Below, in pieces: positions 8,872 through 17,200 of a stretch of 64,000 bases of DNA (positions are counted from its first letter, which is position 1; every line of letters begins with the position of its first letter). Position numbers and translations under genes: made by a program. The notes beneath the pieces are model-generated. The model was given only the letters and a program-made list of their open reading frames with translations, was not told the DNA's origin and searched no databases. Source of the stretch: Vulcanimicrobiota bacterium (lineage in GTDB: Bacteria; Vulcanimicrobiota; Vulcanimicrobiia; Vulcanimicrobiales; Vulcanimicrobiaceae); the NCBI GenBank assembly GCA_963787705.1, contig CAWBEA010000002.1:67661-131660 (forward strand). Direction: 5' to 3'.

Positions 8872-9764
8872 GACTGGGGCGTCCGTCCTGCGAGCGCTTT
8901 CAGAAAAGCGGCCGCGACGTCGGCCGGGTCCGCCGCGGAGTTTTCGACCGCAGCGTTCATCGATCGAGCGGCCGCGTCGGTGATTGCCGGCGAGACCGCG
9001 TTGAGGACGCGTGCAATTGCGGGGCGCGCTTGCAGCGCTGCCTGGCGCGCGAGCGGGGCGACGTTATATGCCGACCATAAATGACGATCGTCGCGCAAGA
9101 TCACGAGGCGATCCGATTCGATCGCGCCGTCGGTCGTAAACGCACTTGCAACGTCGGCCTTATTTTCGAGCAACGCGCGGTACTTCAGCGCGATGTCGTA
9201 GGTACGGACCTCCCGAAAGCGAAATCCGCCGTAGCGCGTTTGCAGCCCGGGCAGCCCGTCGGGGCGCGCGAGAAACTCCTGAATCGTTGCCAAGCGCAGA
9301 TGGGGCGCTGCCGCCGCGACGTCCGACAGGGTTGCGAGGCGCAGCGTTGCTGCGATTTCCCGCGTCGTCGCCAGTGCCTGCGAATCGTTCATCGGCGATG
9401 GGTGCAGCCACACGATGCCGTAGCGTTGTGCGAAGAGCCGCGCGACGACGTCGTACGCGGTTTTCGAATCCGCGATTGGCGGCAGGTGGAGAACGTCGAT
9501 CAGGGCCGTCCCGGTGTACTCGGGATAGCAATCGATGTTGCCGCGCGTCATTGCTGCCATGGCAATCTGCGTCGAGCCGAGATTGAAGAGCCGTTCGACG
9601 CGCATTCCGGCATTCTCGAGCGCTTGCGCGTAGATCTCGGCGATCAAAAACGACTCGGTGAAGTTCTTGGATCCGACGCGAACGTGCGACCGATCGAACG
9701 TGCAGCCCGCGAGCGCCGGCGCCGCGGCGATGAGCGTCAGTGCGCGGGCACGAGAAATGCTCAT
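8868..9764 (-). CDS. glycine betaine/choline-type substrate-binding lipoprotein
   Basis: Lipobox PALAGC. OpuBC-family pattern GSKNFTESFLIAEIYAQALENAG ... YPEYTGTAL. 4-nt overlaps with both neighbours. Confidence 0.85.
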   Translation of the reverse strand: MSISRARALTLIAAAPALAGCTFDRSHVRVGSKNFTESFLIAEIYAQALENAGMRVERLFNLGSTQIAMAAMTRGNIDCYPEYTGTALIDVLHLPPIADSKTAYDVVARLFAQRYGIVWLHPSPMNDSQALATTREIAATLRLATLSDVAAAAPHLRLATIQEFLARPDGLPGLQTRYGGFRFREVRTYDIALKYRALLENKADVASAFTTDGAIESDRLVILRDDRHLWSAYNVAPLARQAALQARPAIARVLNAVSPAITDAAARSMNAAVENSAADPADVAAAFLKALAGRTPQS

Positions 9765-10369
9765 TGGTTTTCTGCCATCAGCCGGGCCGCCGCACCCAGC
9801 GCCAGATCGGCGCCTAAAGCAAGCGCGGCGACCAGCGCTGCTGCGACGAACAGCAGCGTCGCGTCGTCGGTTTGGAGGCCGCGAACGATCTCGTCGCCGA
9901 GACCGCCCGCGCCGATGAACGTCGCCAGCGTCGCGCTAGCGATCGTCTCCGTCGTGGCCGTGCGCACGCCGACGAACGAGACGGGCAGCGCCAGCGGCAC
10001 GACTACGCGCGTGAAGCGCTGCAGCGAGGTCATCCCCATGCCCGTCGCGGCGTCGACCGCCGCGCGCGACACGCCTCGGATACCGAGGTCGACGCTGATG
10101 ACGATGGGTGGAATCGCGAGAAGTGCGAGCGCGATGACGGCCGGCGTCGTGCCGACGCCCAGCCAGGGCAGCAAGAGCATCAGTACCGCCAGGCTCGGCA
10201 GCGTTCGTCCGATTCCGGCCAGCGAGAGCACGATGCCTCGCAGCCAGGCCGACTGCGTGGCCGCAACCCCCAGGGGCAGGCCCGCCGCCAGCGCGATAGC
10301 GAGCGCGCAAAGTGCCAGGGCAAGATGTTGTTCGACGTGCGCCGGCAGGTCGTTTAAAGCCACCGGCAA
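9761..10369 (-). CDS. osmoprotectant ABC transporter permease (second subunit)
   Basis: Paralog of 7463-8077. Loop ATGMGMTSLQRFTRVVVPLALP. Confidence 0.85.
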   Translation of the reverse strand: MPVALNDLPAHVEQHLALALCALAIALAAGLPLGVAATQSAWLRGIVLSLAGIGRTLPSLAVLMLLLPWLGVGTTPAVIALALLAIPPIVISVDLGIRGVSRAAVDAATGMGMTSLQRFTRVVVPLALPVSFVGVRTATTETIASATLATFIGAGGLGDEIVRGLQTDDATLLFVAAALVAALALGADLALGAAARLMAENQ

Positions 10370-10381
10370 GTTTTTGGCCGT

Positions 10382-12529
10382 TTGGGAGGCGAACCCCGGC
10401 CCGAACCGCTAAGCACTAGAATAATCGTGATAACGCAGCCCCGCACCCCGCAGCCGGCGATTCCCGTCGCAAGCCTCGACGATCCGGCTTTTTATATCAG
10501 CCGCGAGTTGTCGTGGCTGGAGTTCAACGACCGGGTGTTGGAAGAGGGGCTCGACGAGCGTAACGCCCTGATGGAGCGGCTCAAATTCGTCGCGATCTAC
10601 GGAACGAATCTCGACGAGTTCTTCATGATTCGCGTCGCCGCCATCAAACAGCAGATCGAGGCCCAGGTCGTGCGCCGGTCCGAGGACGGCCGAGCGCCGA
10701 CCGAACATCTCGCCGCCATCTCGCAACGGTTGCGCGCCTCGCTGCCGCTTCAAATGCGGCTGCTCAACGAACAGCTTTTACCGGCGCTCGACCGCGAAGG
10801 CATTCGATTGATGCGAGTCGGCGAGCTCGACGAGGAGACTCAAGCCGCGCTCGAGCGCACGTTCGACGATAACGTCTTTCCGGTGCTGACCCCGCTGGCC
10901 GTCGATAGCGGTCACCCGTTTCCGTACATCTCCAATCTCTCGCTCTCGTTGGCAGTCGAGCTGGAAGAGGCGACGAGCGACGGTGTCGAGCTTCACTTCG
11001 CGCGCGTAAAGATTCCGCCCACGCTGCCGCGGTTCGTTCCCGTCGAGGGCGCGAAGGAGCGGCGCTTCGTTTTGCTCGAGGATTTGATCGCGCATCACCT
11101 CGACGGGCTTTTCCCGGGCATGCACGTTCGCGACTCCTACCTCTTCCGCGTCACGCGCGACGCCGATCTGGACTTGCAGGAAGACGAGGCCGACGATCTG
11201 TTGCGCGCCATCGAGTCCGAACTGCGGCGGCGACGCTTCGGCGAGCCGGTACGCCTCGAGGTCGAACGCGGAATGCCCGAGTACATTCGTGATTTTCTCT
11301 GCAGCTCGCTCGAGCTCGAGCCGGTCGATTGCTACGAAATCGAAGGACTGATGGCCCTAAGCGATCTTTGGCAGATCGTCAATCTTCCGGGGTACGAGCA
11401 GCTGCGGGACAAGCCGTACATGCCGGCAATTCCTAAACGGTTGATCGGCGTTACGGACATTTTCGCCCAGATTCGGGAAGGCGACATCCTGCTGCACCAT
11501 CCGTACGAATCGTTCGACCCGGTGATTCAGTTTTTGCAGCAGGCCGCCGAAGACGAAAAAGTTCTCGCCATCAAGGCGACGCTTTATCGGACCTCGGGGA
11601 AGAACTCCCCCATCGTCAGAGCGCTGCTTACCGCGGCGGAGAACGAAAAACAAGTTGCCGTCGTCATCGAACTTAAGGCGCGGTTCGACGAAGAGAACAA
11701 CATCGAATGGGCCAAGCGGCTCGAGCGCGCGGGTGCTCACGTGGTCTATGGTTTTGCCAATCAAAAGGTCCATGCTAAGACGCTCTTGGTGGTACGCCAA
11801 GACGAAGACGGCCTCCGGCGGTACATGCATTTTGGAACCGGCAACTACAATGAGAAAACGGCGCGCCTGTATACCGATCTTAGCCTCTTTACCTGTCGTC
11901 ATGACCTCGGCACGGACGATGCGGCACTCTTCAACGCGCTAACCGGCTTTTCGAAAGTCACCGATTACGAGGACCTTTGGGTTGCTCCGGTCACGTTTCA
12001 TCGCGAGCTGATCGCGCGCATCGACCGGGAGACCGAACACGCCCGCGCCGGCCGCCCCGCGGGCATCCGCGCGAAAATCAACGCGATCACCGAGGGCGAT
12101 GTCGTGCGCGCGCTCTACCGCGCCTCGCAGGCCGGCGTACCCGTTGACTTACTCGTGCGCGGAATGTGCGTGCTTCGGCCCGGCGTTCCGGGAGTGAGCG
12201 AAAACATTCGCGTCCGCAGCATCGTCGGGCGTTTTCTCGAGCATTCGCGCATCTTCGTCTTCGACAACGGCGGCGAGCTCGAGACGATCATCGCCAGCGC
12301 GGATTGGATGGGGCGCAACCTCGACCGGCGCGTCGAGTTGGCGGTTCCAGTTCTCGACCCGGTGATGGCCGAAACGCTCGCGTCGCAAATCCTAGCGGTG
12401 CTGCTCGCCGATAACGTCAAGAGCCGGGAGCTGCGCAGCGACGGCACGTACGTGCGCCTATCGCCCGGACCCGGCGAGATGCCGGTCGATGCCCAACGTG
12501 TGTTTTTGGCGCAAGCCCAAGGCCTCTAA
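10382..12529 (+). CDS. ppk: polyphosphate kinase 1
   Basis: FYISRELSWLEFNDRVLEE, the phosphohistidine region KVHAKTLLV, and two PLD-like HKD regions. The start may be GTG 10427 rather than TTG 10382. Confidence 0.9.
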   Translation: MGGEPRPEPLSTRIIVITQPRTPQPAIPVASLDDPAFYISRELSWLEFNDRVLEEGLDERNALMERLKFVAIYGTNLDEFFMIRVAAIKQQIEAQVVRRSEDGRAPTEHLAAISQRLRASLPLQMRLLNEQLLPALDREGIRLMRVGELDEETQAALERTFDDNVFPVLTPLAVDSGHPFPYISNLSLSLAVELEEATSDGVELHFARVKIPPTLPRFVPVEGAKERRFVLLEDLIAHHLDGLFPGMHVRDSYLFRVTRDADLDLQEDEADDLLRAIESELRRRRFGEPVRLEVERGMPEYIRDFLCSSLELEPVDCYEIEGLMALSDLWQIVNLPGYEQLRDKPYMPAIPKRLIGVTDIFAQIREGDILLHHPYESFDPVIQFLQQAAEDEKVLAIKATLYRTSGKNSPIVRALLTAAENEKQVAVVIELKARFDEENNIEWAKRLERAGAHVVYGFANQKVHAKTLLVVRQDEDGLRRYMHFGTGNYNEKTARLYTDLSLFTCRHDLGTDDAALFNALTGFSKVTDYEDLWVAPVTFHRELIARIDRETEHARAGRPAGIRAKINAITEGDVVRALYRASQAGVPVDLLVRGMCVLRPGVPGVSENIRVRSIVGRFLEHSRIFVFDNGGELETIIASADWMGRNLDRRVELAVPVLDPVMAETLASQILAVLLADNVKSRELRSDGTYVRLSPGPGEMPVDAQRVFLAQAQGL

Positions 12530-12879
12530 GTGATGGCTTAGCGGCGTAAGCTGCTCAGGTAATGCGGCATCCGTGAGCGTCGGGAACGATCAGCCAAGGA
12601 GCCAGAGCCGCTGAAACGACGCCCCCCCTCCCCCGGCCATGCCGCCAAGCGATCGAAGCCGGGCTATGCTGCCGGGCTGGGCTGTGCCGCTAAGCGATCC
12701 ACGCCGCTACGCTGGCGCAGCAGCAATGCCGATCCACGCTGCAACGCCCGCAATGCAGCAAAGCCCTCGTAGCCGCATAGCAAACACGGCCCGCTTTCGC
12801 GAACGCCGTGCTGAGGGGTGGAGGCGCTACGGTTTGTTTATTTTTTTTTTGCGGTCATATACTTTGAGCCACAAGCGCC

Positions 12880-13002
12880 CTAAAGACGTTTAGCCCATAC
12901 CCGCAGCAGGATGGCGATGCCGACGCACGCGGCAGCAGCGCCGTCGAGAACCCACTGCCACGGGCCCCAGTTGTTTCTCCATGCAGGTCGATTCACCGCC
13001 AT
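12880..13002 (-). CDS. possible small membrane protein (40 aa)
   Basis: My own translation is MAVNRPAWRNNWGPWQWVLDGAAAACVGIAILLRVWAKRL. It starts 33 nt after the stop of the last paralog gene. No clear SD. Below the ORF-track size cutoff. Confidence 0.2.
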   Translation of the reverse strand: MAVNRPAWRNNWGPWQWVLDGAAAACVGIAILLRVWAKRL

Positions 13003-13035
13003 GCGCTGCGCGCAGATCGTGATTTGCGAAAGGTA

Positions 13036-14089
13036 CTAGTGGTAAGCAGCAACGCTGACTGCGGCAGCTGTTGGCTCGCCGTAACCAGGCAGTTCCGTTA
13101 ACAGCGCGCCACTCGGATATCTAAATACGAAGAAATCCCCGTCGTAGCCGGGGTAAGCCCTAGGTACGACAATTCGGTTTCCCTGAATCCAGAACTGACC
13201 TAATTGCCCTCCCCTTGTAACTCCGCTAAGCACCGTGTGTCCAACGGCTACCGCGTGATCGTGATGCCTCCCACGCAGCTCGAAGCGTAGAATTCTGGGG
13301 ATATGATTGCGATAGCCTACCAACGCCAGCTTGCCGTGGTTCCACTGGACACCAGCAGACGAGTCTACGACAAAAGCGTCCCCGCGGAATTCGATTTGCG
13401 AAAAGCCTTGTCGGCGCCGACGCAACTCCTCAAGCACGGTCGCGGCGCTATAGTAGTACTTCGAGCCGACTACAAAAAGATGGCCGTGGTCGTCGTAGCC
13501 GCAATAGCCAGCTTCCGGGAAGACATTGCTGTACTCAGTTGGTGTGCCCGAGCCCCGAGGGTAGACGAAAACCACGCTGGAGTTGGATCCTTGCCCGACC
13601 ACACCGGCGTAGTATCCTTGCGCGACCACCGCTAGATCGCCAGTACTCGGGTCGATCGCACACGACCGTAAATAGGAGTAAATGCTCCCCGGGTTAGGAA
13701 TTGCCCTAATCGGCTCGGTTCCGCCATGAGCGTATTCAACGACCTCAGTCTCATCGACAATATACATGTTTCCGCTGGCGTCGACGCACTCACCGAAGGG
13801 CTGATTTCCGTTTTGGAGCTCCCCAACTAGTGACAAGCCGGGGAACGAATAAACAAATACGACCCCATTGCCGCCAGAGTCTGCAAGGTATAGCAAATCC
13901 TGACCCGAGGTGCCCGATTTCATCCACGACTTGCCACGATCGGCGTGCGCTGCGAATGCGGCGGTTTGCGGCATAGCGCCCGGCGCGGCCGATCGGCGGC
14001 TGCGATCCGCCGCACCCCGCGAGCAGCGCAGCGACGGTAACGCTCAGCGCGCGGCTGCTACAGATTAGGCGTTCCACCCCTGTGCTCAT
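13036..14089 (-). pseudogene. lipoprotein paralog A of the 13-18.6 kb family, disrupted by a +1 frameshift after the signal peptide
   Basis: The signal peptide and lipobox (MSTGVERLICSSRALSVTVAALLAGCGGSQPPIG) lie in ORF 13790..14089, whose ATG overlaps the upstream stop (ATGA at 14086-14089). The body lies in ORF 13036..13974 (MPQTAAFAAHADRGKSWM...). There is one extra nt in CGGCGCGGCCGATCGG at about 13981-13996 compared with copies B and C. Confidence 0.6.
13965..14025 (-). repeat. conserved leader cassette, copy A (carries the 1-nt insertion)
   Basis: TTTGCGGCATAGCGCCCGGCGCGGCCGATCGGCGGCTGCGATCCGCCGCACCCCGCGAGC aligns with the copies at 15012, 16037 and 17026. Confidence 0.7.
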
Positions 14090-15141
14090 TTGACGATTTG
14101 CTTTAAGCTCACGGCCACGCCATAGGGTCGGTCAAGGTTCTTGTAAATTTGGGCGATGACACTTCCGCCCGCGGGGTACTTCCAGTAGGTAACGGCAGCA
14201 TAGTCATAGGTGGTCGCTCCGACGACTTGAGTTCCTTGGCTTCCGGGGTGGTTGTTATAGATAAAAACAGGGCCAAGCCCAAACTCCACGCCGCTAAGGT
14301 ACGTCGTTCCAATCCAATGGCCCAGGTCACGTCCTATCGCGACGCGATAGATTTCATTGGAATAGCTCTCAGTGTTGAGGATCCAATACTTCCCGTCCCA
14401 CGTAATTCCCTGAACGCCGTTGAAGTAGCCGTCCCAGGAAGATCCGCCCGAGATGTTGATGGTGACGAGTTGCGTACTGCCCTTGGCAAGGTACGCGAAG
14501 CCTGAACCATAGCCGCTGGAGCTTTCACCACCGTCTGTCGTTAACAGATCACCTTTGTCGTCGTAGGCGCAGCTTTCGTAGTGACCCAAAGGACCCTGGA
14601 AGATGACGGGTTTGCCTTTGGCGTGGCGATAAATCGCGAGGCTACCCTCACCGGTCCCATCACCTTGCCACCAGTTCGCGACGGCGAGATTACCGGTCTT
14701 TGTATCGACAGCACATCCGTAGGGCCAATATGGAGCGACATTGATAACTCTGATGGGACTCTTACTGCCGTGTGAGTACTCAACGACGTCGTTTGCTTCA
14801 AAATCCACAATATAGACGTCGCCAGCTCTGTCAACGCATTCACCCCTTGGCGAGATGAAGCCGGTTAAGACCCCGACGAGCTTTCGGTGCCAATACCGGT
14901 AAGTACGCACGTTGCCGCCGACCTCCTCACTCACGTACAGCAAATCGTCGCTCTTCGCTTCCGGCAGCATCCACGATCCATCGCGCGCCGCCTGCGTGGC
15001 GATCGCCGAGCTTTGCGGCATCGCGCCCGGCGCCCCGATCGGCGGCTGCGATCCCCCGCACCCTGCAAGCATTGCCGCAGCCAGAATGCCCAACGCGTAA
15101 CGCGTAGGCAGTAGTGCGTTCATTGTTCTTGCCTTTGTCAT
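14086..15141 (-). CDS. lipoprotein paralog B (beta-propeller-like, uncharacterised family)
   Basis: MTKARTMNALLPTRYALGILAAAMLAGC-GGSQPPIGAPGAMPQ. Blocks DDLLYV, GDVYIVD, VVEYSHGSKSPI, CAVDTKTGNLAV, WDGKYW, WKYPAGG, GVAVSL. ATGA overlaps at both ends. Confidence 0.75.
   Translation of the reverse strand: MTKARTMNALLPTRYALGILAAAMLAGCGGSQPPIGAPGAMPQSSAIATQAARDGSWMLPEAKSDDLLYVSEEVGGNVRTYRYWHRKLVGVLTGFISPRGECVDRAGDVYIVDFEANDVVEYSHGSKSPIRVINVAPYWPYGCAVDTKTGNLAVANWWQGDGTGEGSLAIYRHAKGKPVIFQGPLGHYESCAYDDKGDLLTTDGGESSSGYGSGFAYLAKGSTQLVTINISGGSSWDGYFNGVQGITWDGKYWILNTESYSNEIYRVAIGRDLGHWIGTTYLSGVEFGLGPVFIYNNHPGSQGTQVVGATTYDYAAVTYWKYPAGGSVIAQIYKNLDRPYGVAVSLKQIVK
15012..15070 (-). repeat. conserved leader cassette, copy B
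   Basis: TTTGCGGCATCGCGCCCGGCGCCCCGATCGGCGGCTGCGATCCCCCGCACCCTGCAAGC. Confidence 0.7.
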
Positions 15142-16148
15142 CGATGGATGCGCGTACCGGATGGGGCGAGGGAAACGGTGACTGCGCCAATTGTGGCGTG
15201 CGGTAACAAATCCCTAGACGGAATCCTCTTGGTCACCCTTCCACCCGTCGGATAAGGCCAAATGCCAATCGTTCTTTGGTGGCGATTGTTGCTAACGACA
15301 AGCAGGTCCCCCGCGAGCCAAGGCTGGGCCCCTCGTTCGACCGTTCCTTCGAGTTGTACGATGCCGACAATTGTTGCGGTTGAGCCGCTTACTTCGATTT
15401 GGGAAAGCGTATTTCGGCCTGAACCGAGAAAAGCGTCGAGAATGAGGTACTGACCGTCCCATTGCAGGGAGCCTGCAGGATAGTCTTCACGGGGCAGTGA
15501 GAGATTCTCAAGGTTACCGGAACCTTCAGGTAACTCGGCCAGCTGAATCGAGCCCGAAGAGTTCTCGCCATCCACATAGAGATTGCCCGCGCTGTCGTAG
15601 ACGCAAGCTTTTATGGTTTGAATCTGAGGGTCTTGTAGCTTTTCAGGATTGTGTGAGCCTTCTGTAAAAATCGCAACGTAATCGTAAAAATTATCGAATA
15701 GCACAGTAGCAGCAAGATCATCCGTTATTGGGTCTACGGAGCAGGAAATAGCAAAGCCATCATTGTCATCTAACGAGAACGTTTTAATGGGTGTCTTTCG
15801 GCCATGTGCAAACTCCAGGATGTCCGCCCCGCTAACTATGTATACGTTGCCGTCGGGGTCCGAACACGACGCGCTCGGATAGACAACAATGTTTAGCATG
15901 CCGACCGGCTTTCCGCCCGGAAAGCTAAACACGCGAACGGTGTGCCCTCCGTCATTCACATACAGCAAGTCTTCACTCTTCGCTTCCGGCAGCATCCACG
16001 AGCGGCCGCGCTCGGCGTGCGTTGAGGTCGCAGAGGTTTGCGGCATCGCGCCCGGCGCGCCGATCGGCGGCTGCGATCCGCCGCAGGCCGCTAGTAACGC
16101 TGTCGCCACGCAACTTGTTAGCGCGTTGCGTTTACTGCGCGTGGTCAT
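15138..16148 (-). CDS. lipoprotein paralog C (beta-propeller-like, uncharacterised family)
   Basis: The ATG at 16148-16146 overlaps the upstream stop (ATGA). MTTRSKRNALTSCVATALLAAC-GGSQPPIGAPGAMPQ. Blocks EDLLYV, GNVYIV, ILEFAHGRKTPI, CSVDPITDDLA, WDGQYL, WPYPTGG, AVTVSLAP. Confidence 0.75.
   Translation of the reverse strand: MTTRSKRNALTSCVATALLAACGGSQPPIGAPGAMPQTSATSTHAERGRSWMLPEAKSEDLLYVNDGGHTVRVFSFPGGKPVGMLNIVVYPSASCSDPDGNVYIVSGADILEFAHGRKTPIKTFSLDDNDGFAISCSVDPITDDLAATVLFDNFYDYVAIFTEGSHNPEKLQDPQIQTIKACVYDSAGNLYVDGENSSGSIQLAELPEGSGNLENLSLPREDYPAGSLQWDGQYLILDAFLGSGRNTLSQIEVSGSTATIVGIVQLEGTVERGAQPWLAGDLLVVSNNRHQRTIGIWPYPTGGRVTKRIPSRDLLPHATIGAVTVSLAPSGTRIHR
16037..16095 (-). repeat. conserved leader cassette, copy C
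   Basis: TTTGCGGCATCGCGCCCGGCGCGCCGATCGGCGGCTGCGATCCGCCGCAGGCCGCTAGT. It has 2 mismatches to copy B over the 50-nt core. Confidence 0.7.
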
Positions 16149-17200
16149 TGCCAGCCAAAAACCACAAGGCCGTCCCCTGCGGCGTTCTTCCATCCAGGCC
16201 ACGTACGAAACGTAAATGCGCCTGGCTCGACATATGACGATCCGCCCCCTCCACCGCCGCCGGGGGACCCGTTTATGCCTCCTTCACCCCCACCGCCGCC
16301 GCCACCACCGTAGTAACCGCCGCCTCCGCCGCCGCCCGCGCCGCCGTCGCCGCCGCTCGTCTCTCCAAATCCGGCCTCGCCGCCGTTTCCTCCGACGCCG
16401 CGTCCTCCGGATTTACCGCGCTGGCCGCGGTCGCAATCGTAACAGCTTTTTGGTGCACGCTCGCCGCCCGAGCCGCCCCGACTCTGCGTGCCGCCCCCAC
16501 CACCACCACCCGCACCGCCGCCGTAGCCGCCCGCGCTCCCAGAGCCGCCTACAGAACCTCCGCCTCGACCACCAGCGCCACCACCGTTTTCATAACCACC
16601 TTGTCCTCCTCCGCCGCCTGCAACCAGGACGCGATTGCTCAGCCTGGCAGAGTCTTGCCGTACGTCGGACGCACCGCCGCCGCCAAAGCCACCCGCACAA
16701 CATTGTGCGGGATCACCTCCGCCGTTGAAGCCGCCATATCGGGCCCCGCTGTATTCGATCCCGGCCCCCCCTACGTAGACGTACAGCCTTTCACCGGGAG
16801 TGACTGGAATTTCAGCGTAAACGCGGGCACCGTGGCCGCTGCGAGTGTCGTAATACGTCGGTTCACCACCACCAGCGCCGCGCGCGACGATAGTGAGCTT
16901 CGTAACGCCCGCCGGCACTTTGAATGTTTGCTTCGATCCCGTGAACTTAAACGTCTCATGAAACGGCAGTCCGGAGCCGTCGGGCCTATCAGACGTGTGA
17001 CCGAGATGCGCCGCGACAGCACGGCTTTGCGGCATCGTGCCTGGTGACCCGATCGGCGGCTGCAATCCGCCGCACCCTGCGAGCAATATCACAGCCATGC
17101 ATCTTGCAAGTGTGTAGCGTCCAATAACTAAGCTCTTAATCTGCTTGGCTCCTCGAAAACGGCTCACAGTGAATCGAACCTGGGTCACTCTAATCAACAC
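16145..17200 (-). CDS. glycine-rich-domain lipoprotein (bacterial homolog of the ALK/LTK-type Gly-rich domain)
   Basis: Same leader (ILLAGC-GGLQPPIGSPGTMPQ), then FKFTGSKQTFKVPAGVTKLTIVARGAGGG...GERLYVYVGGAG and long Gly tracts (GGGGGGG, YYGGGGGGGGEGG), ending SSYVEPGAFTF. The start is ambiguous (GTG 17200, TTG 17197, GTG 17188 or GTG 17167). Confidence 0.75.
   Translation of the reverse strand: MLIRVTQVRFTVSRFRGAKQIKSLVIGRYTLARCMAVILLAGCGGLQPPIGSPGTMPQSRAVAAHLGHTSDRPDGSGLPFHETFKFTGSKQTFKVPAGVTKLTIVARGAGGGEPTYYDTRSGHGARVYAEIPVTPGERLYVYVGGAGIEYSGARYGGFNGGGDPAQCCAGGFGGGGASDVRQDSARLSNRVLVAGGGGGQGGYENGGGAGGRGGGSVGGSGSAGGYGGGAGGGGGGGTQSRGGSGGERAPKSCYDCDRGQRGKSGGRGVGGNGGEAGFGETSGGDGGAGGGGGGGYYGGGGGGGGEGGINGSPGGGGGGGSSYVEPGAFTFRTWPGWKNAAGDGLVVFGWQ
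17026..17085 (-). repeat. conserved leader cassette, copy D
   Basis: TTTGCGGCATCGTGCCTGGTGACCCGATCGGCGGCTGCAATCCGCCGCACCCTGCGAGC. Confidence 0.7.

Noticed and set aside
12639-12893. 84-aa ORF in the gap after ppk
   Set aside because: The composition is Arg/Ala/Pro-rich, it reads through the T10 run, and it has no SD or motif. I treat the region as non-coding (see the finding on 12530-12879).
16255-16640. GGC/GCC-rich repetitive DNA considered as a tandem repeat or CRISPR-like array
   Set aside because: There are no regularly spaced identical repeats with unique spacers. The tract is in frame and encodes the polyglycine stretches of the glycine-rich lipoprotein.
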